From Felis catus (Eukaryota), in contig NC_058368.1 in the NCBI RefSeq assembly GCF_018350175.1, positions 222,644,001 through 222,708,000 of the forward strand: a stretch of DNA of 64,000 nucleotides, read 5' to 3'. Below, one piece after another: positions 63,501 to 64,000 of this stretch. The translations under genes and the position numbers were made by a program. The notes beneath the pieces were generated by a model. The model made no database searches. It was not told the origin of the DNA and saw nothing but the letters and a program-made list of their open reading frames with translations. The number at the start of each line of letters is the position of its first letter. The stretch's first letter is position 1.

Positions 63501-64000
63501 AGAGTTCAAAGCAATGGTCCTAAATATGTTCAATGATCTTGGGAGAAGAACAGATGAACACAGGGAGACTCTCAGTAAAGGTATAGAAAATATAAGAAAA
63601 TACCAAACAGAAGTCATGAAGCTGAAGAATATAATAACTGAAAATTACACTAGAGAGTTTCGACAGCAGACTAGACAAAGCAAAAGGAAAGATGAGTAAC
63701 CTGGAAGACAGGGCAGTGGAACTCACCCAAACAGAGCAGCAAAAAGAAAACAAATAACTTAAAGAAGAGAAGATGGCTTAAAGGACCTGTAGGATAACAT
63801 CAAACAGAAAAAAGAAAACAAAACAAAACAAAACATTTGCACAATAGGGGCCCAGAAGGTGAAAAGAGAGAGAAAGGAATAGCAAACATATTTGAAGAAA
63901 AAAAATGGCTGAAAATTTCCCTAACCTGGGGAAGGAAGAAGGCATATGAGTCCAAAAAGCCCAGAGTTCCAAAATAAATAAATAAATAAATATTTGTATC

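Larger units (their letters stand above)
62216..63990 (+). mobile_element. Old L1: 5' UTR plus disrupted ORF1
   Basis: Starts GGGGACAGCACAAGATGGC (YY1-type L1 5' motif); ORF1-like peptide MVLNMFNDLGRRTDEH..KLKNIITE at 63514-63699 and AAAATGGCTGAAAATTTCCCTAACCTGGGGAAGGAA (MAENFPNLGKE). Confidence 0.85.

Noticed and set aside
419..63972. All ORFs in the supplied track as host protein-coding genes
   Set aside because: They are short (160 aa or less), many begin at non-ATG codons, and they overlap SINEs, microsatellites, L1 or AT-rich DNA. The recurring peptides (GAWVAQSV.., ERERE, SLSLS, YIYI) are translations of repeats.

Overview
Mammalian genomic DNA, almost certainly felid. It is AT-rich and CpG-poor, with 34 tRNA-derived carnivore CanSINEs of feline (SINEC_Fc) type and feline-type L1 3' ends. 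I find no supportable protein-coding gene: the supplied ORFs read through SINEs, microsatellites, L1 fragments or AT-rich DNA. The main unique-sequence feature is a probable Pol II promoter and non-coding 5' exon on + at about 9.7-10.19 kb. It has an inverted CCAAT box, a TATA-like box, an 81-nt polypurine tract, a single 23-codon uORF and a CAG|GTAAGG donor; the following ~54 kb would then be one long intron. I cannot name the host gene. The rest is a repeat archive: a decayed ERV-L provirus (LTR41-like LTR with an extended CTCF motif, plus gag and protease relics), a 3'-truncated tailless 7SK retrocopy, MaLR/ERVL LTRs, MIR, L2, L3 and hAT MER elements. Unusual retrotransposition footprints include the same target nick used twice, two poly(A)-only insertions, a TSD-less nested inverted SINE, and a 5'-intact L1 that appears to end inside ORF1. 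I found no convincing evidence of a new biological system. Repeat family names are assigned from remembered consensus features, not from a database search, and boundaries of old elements are approximate.
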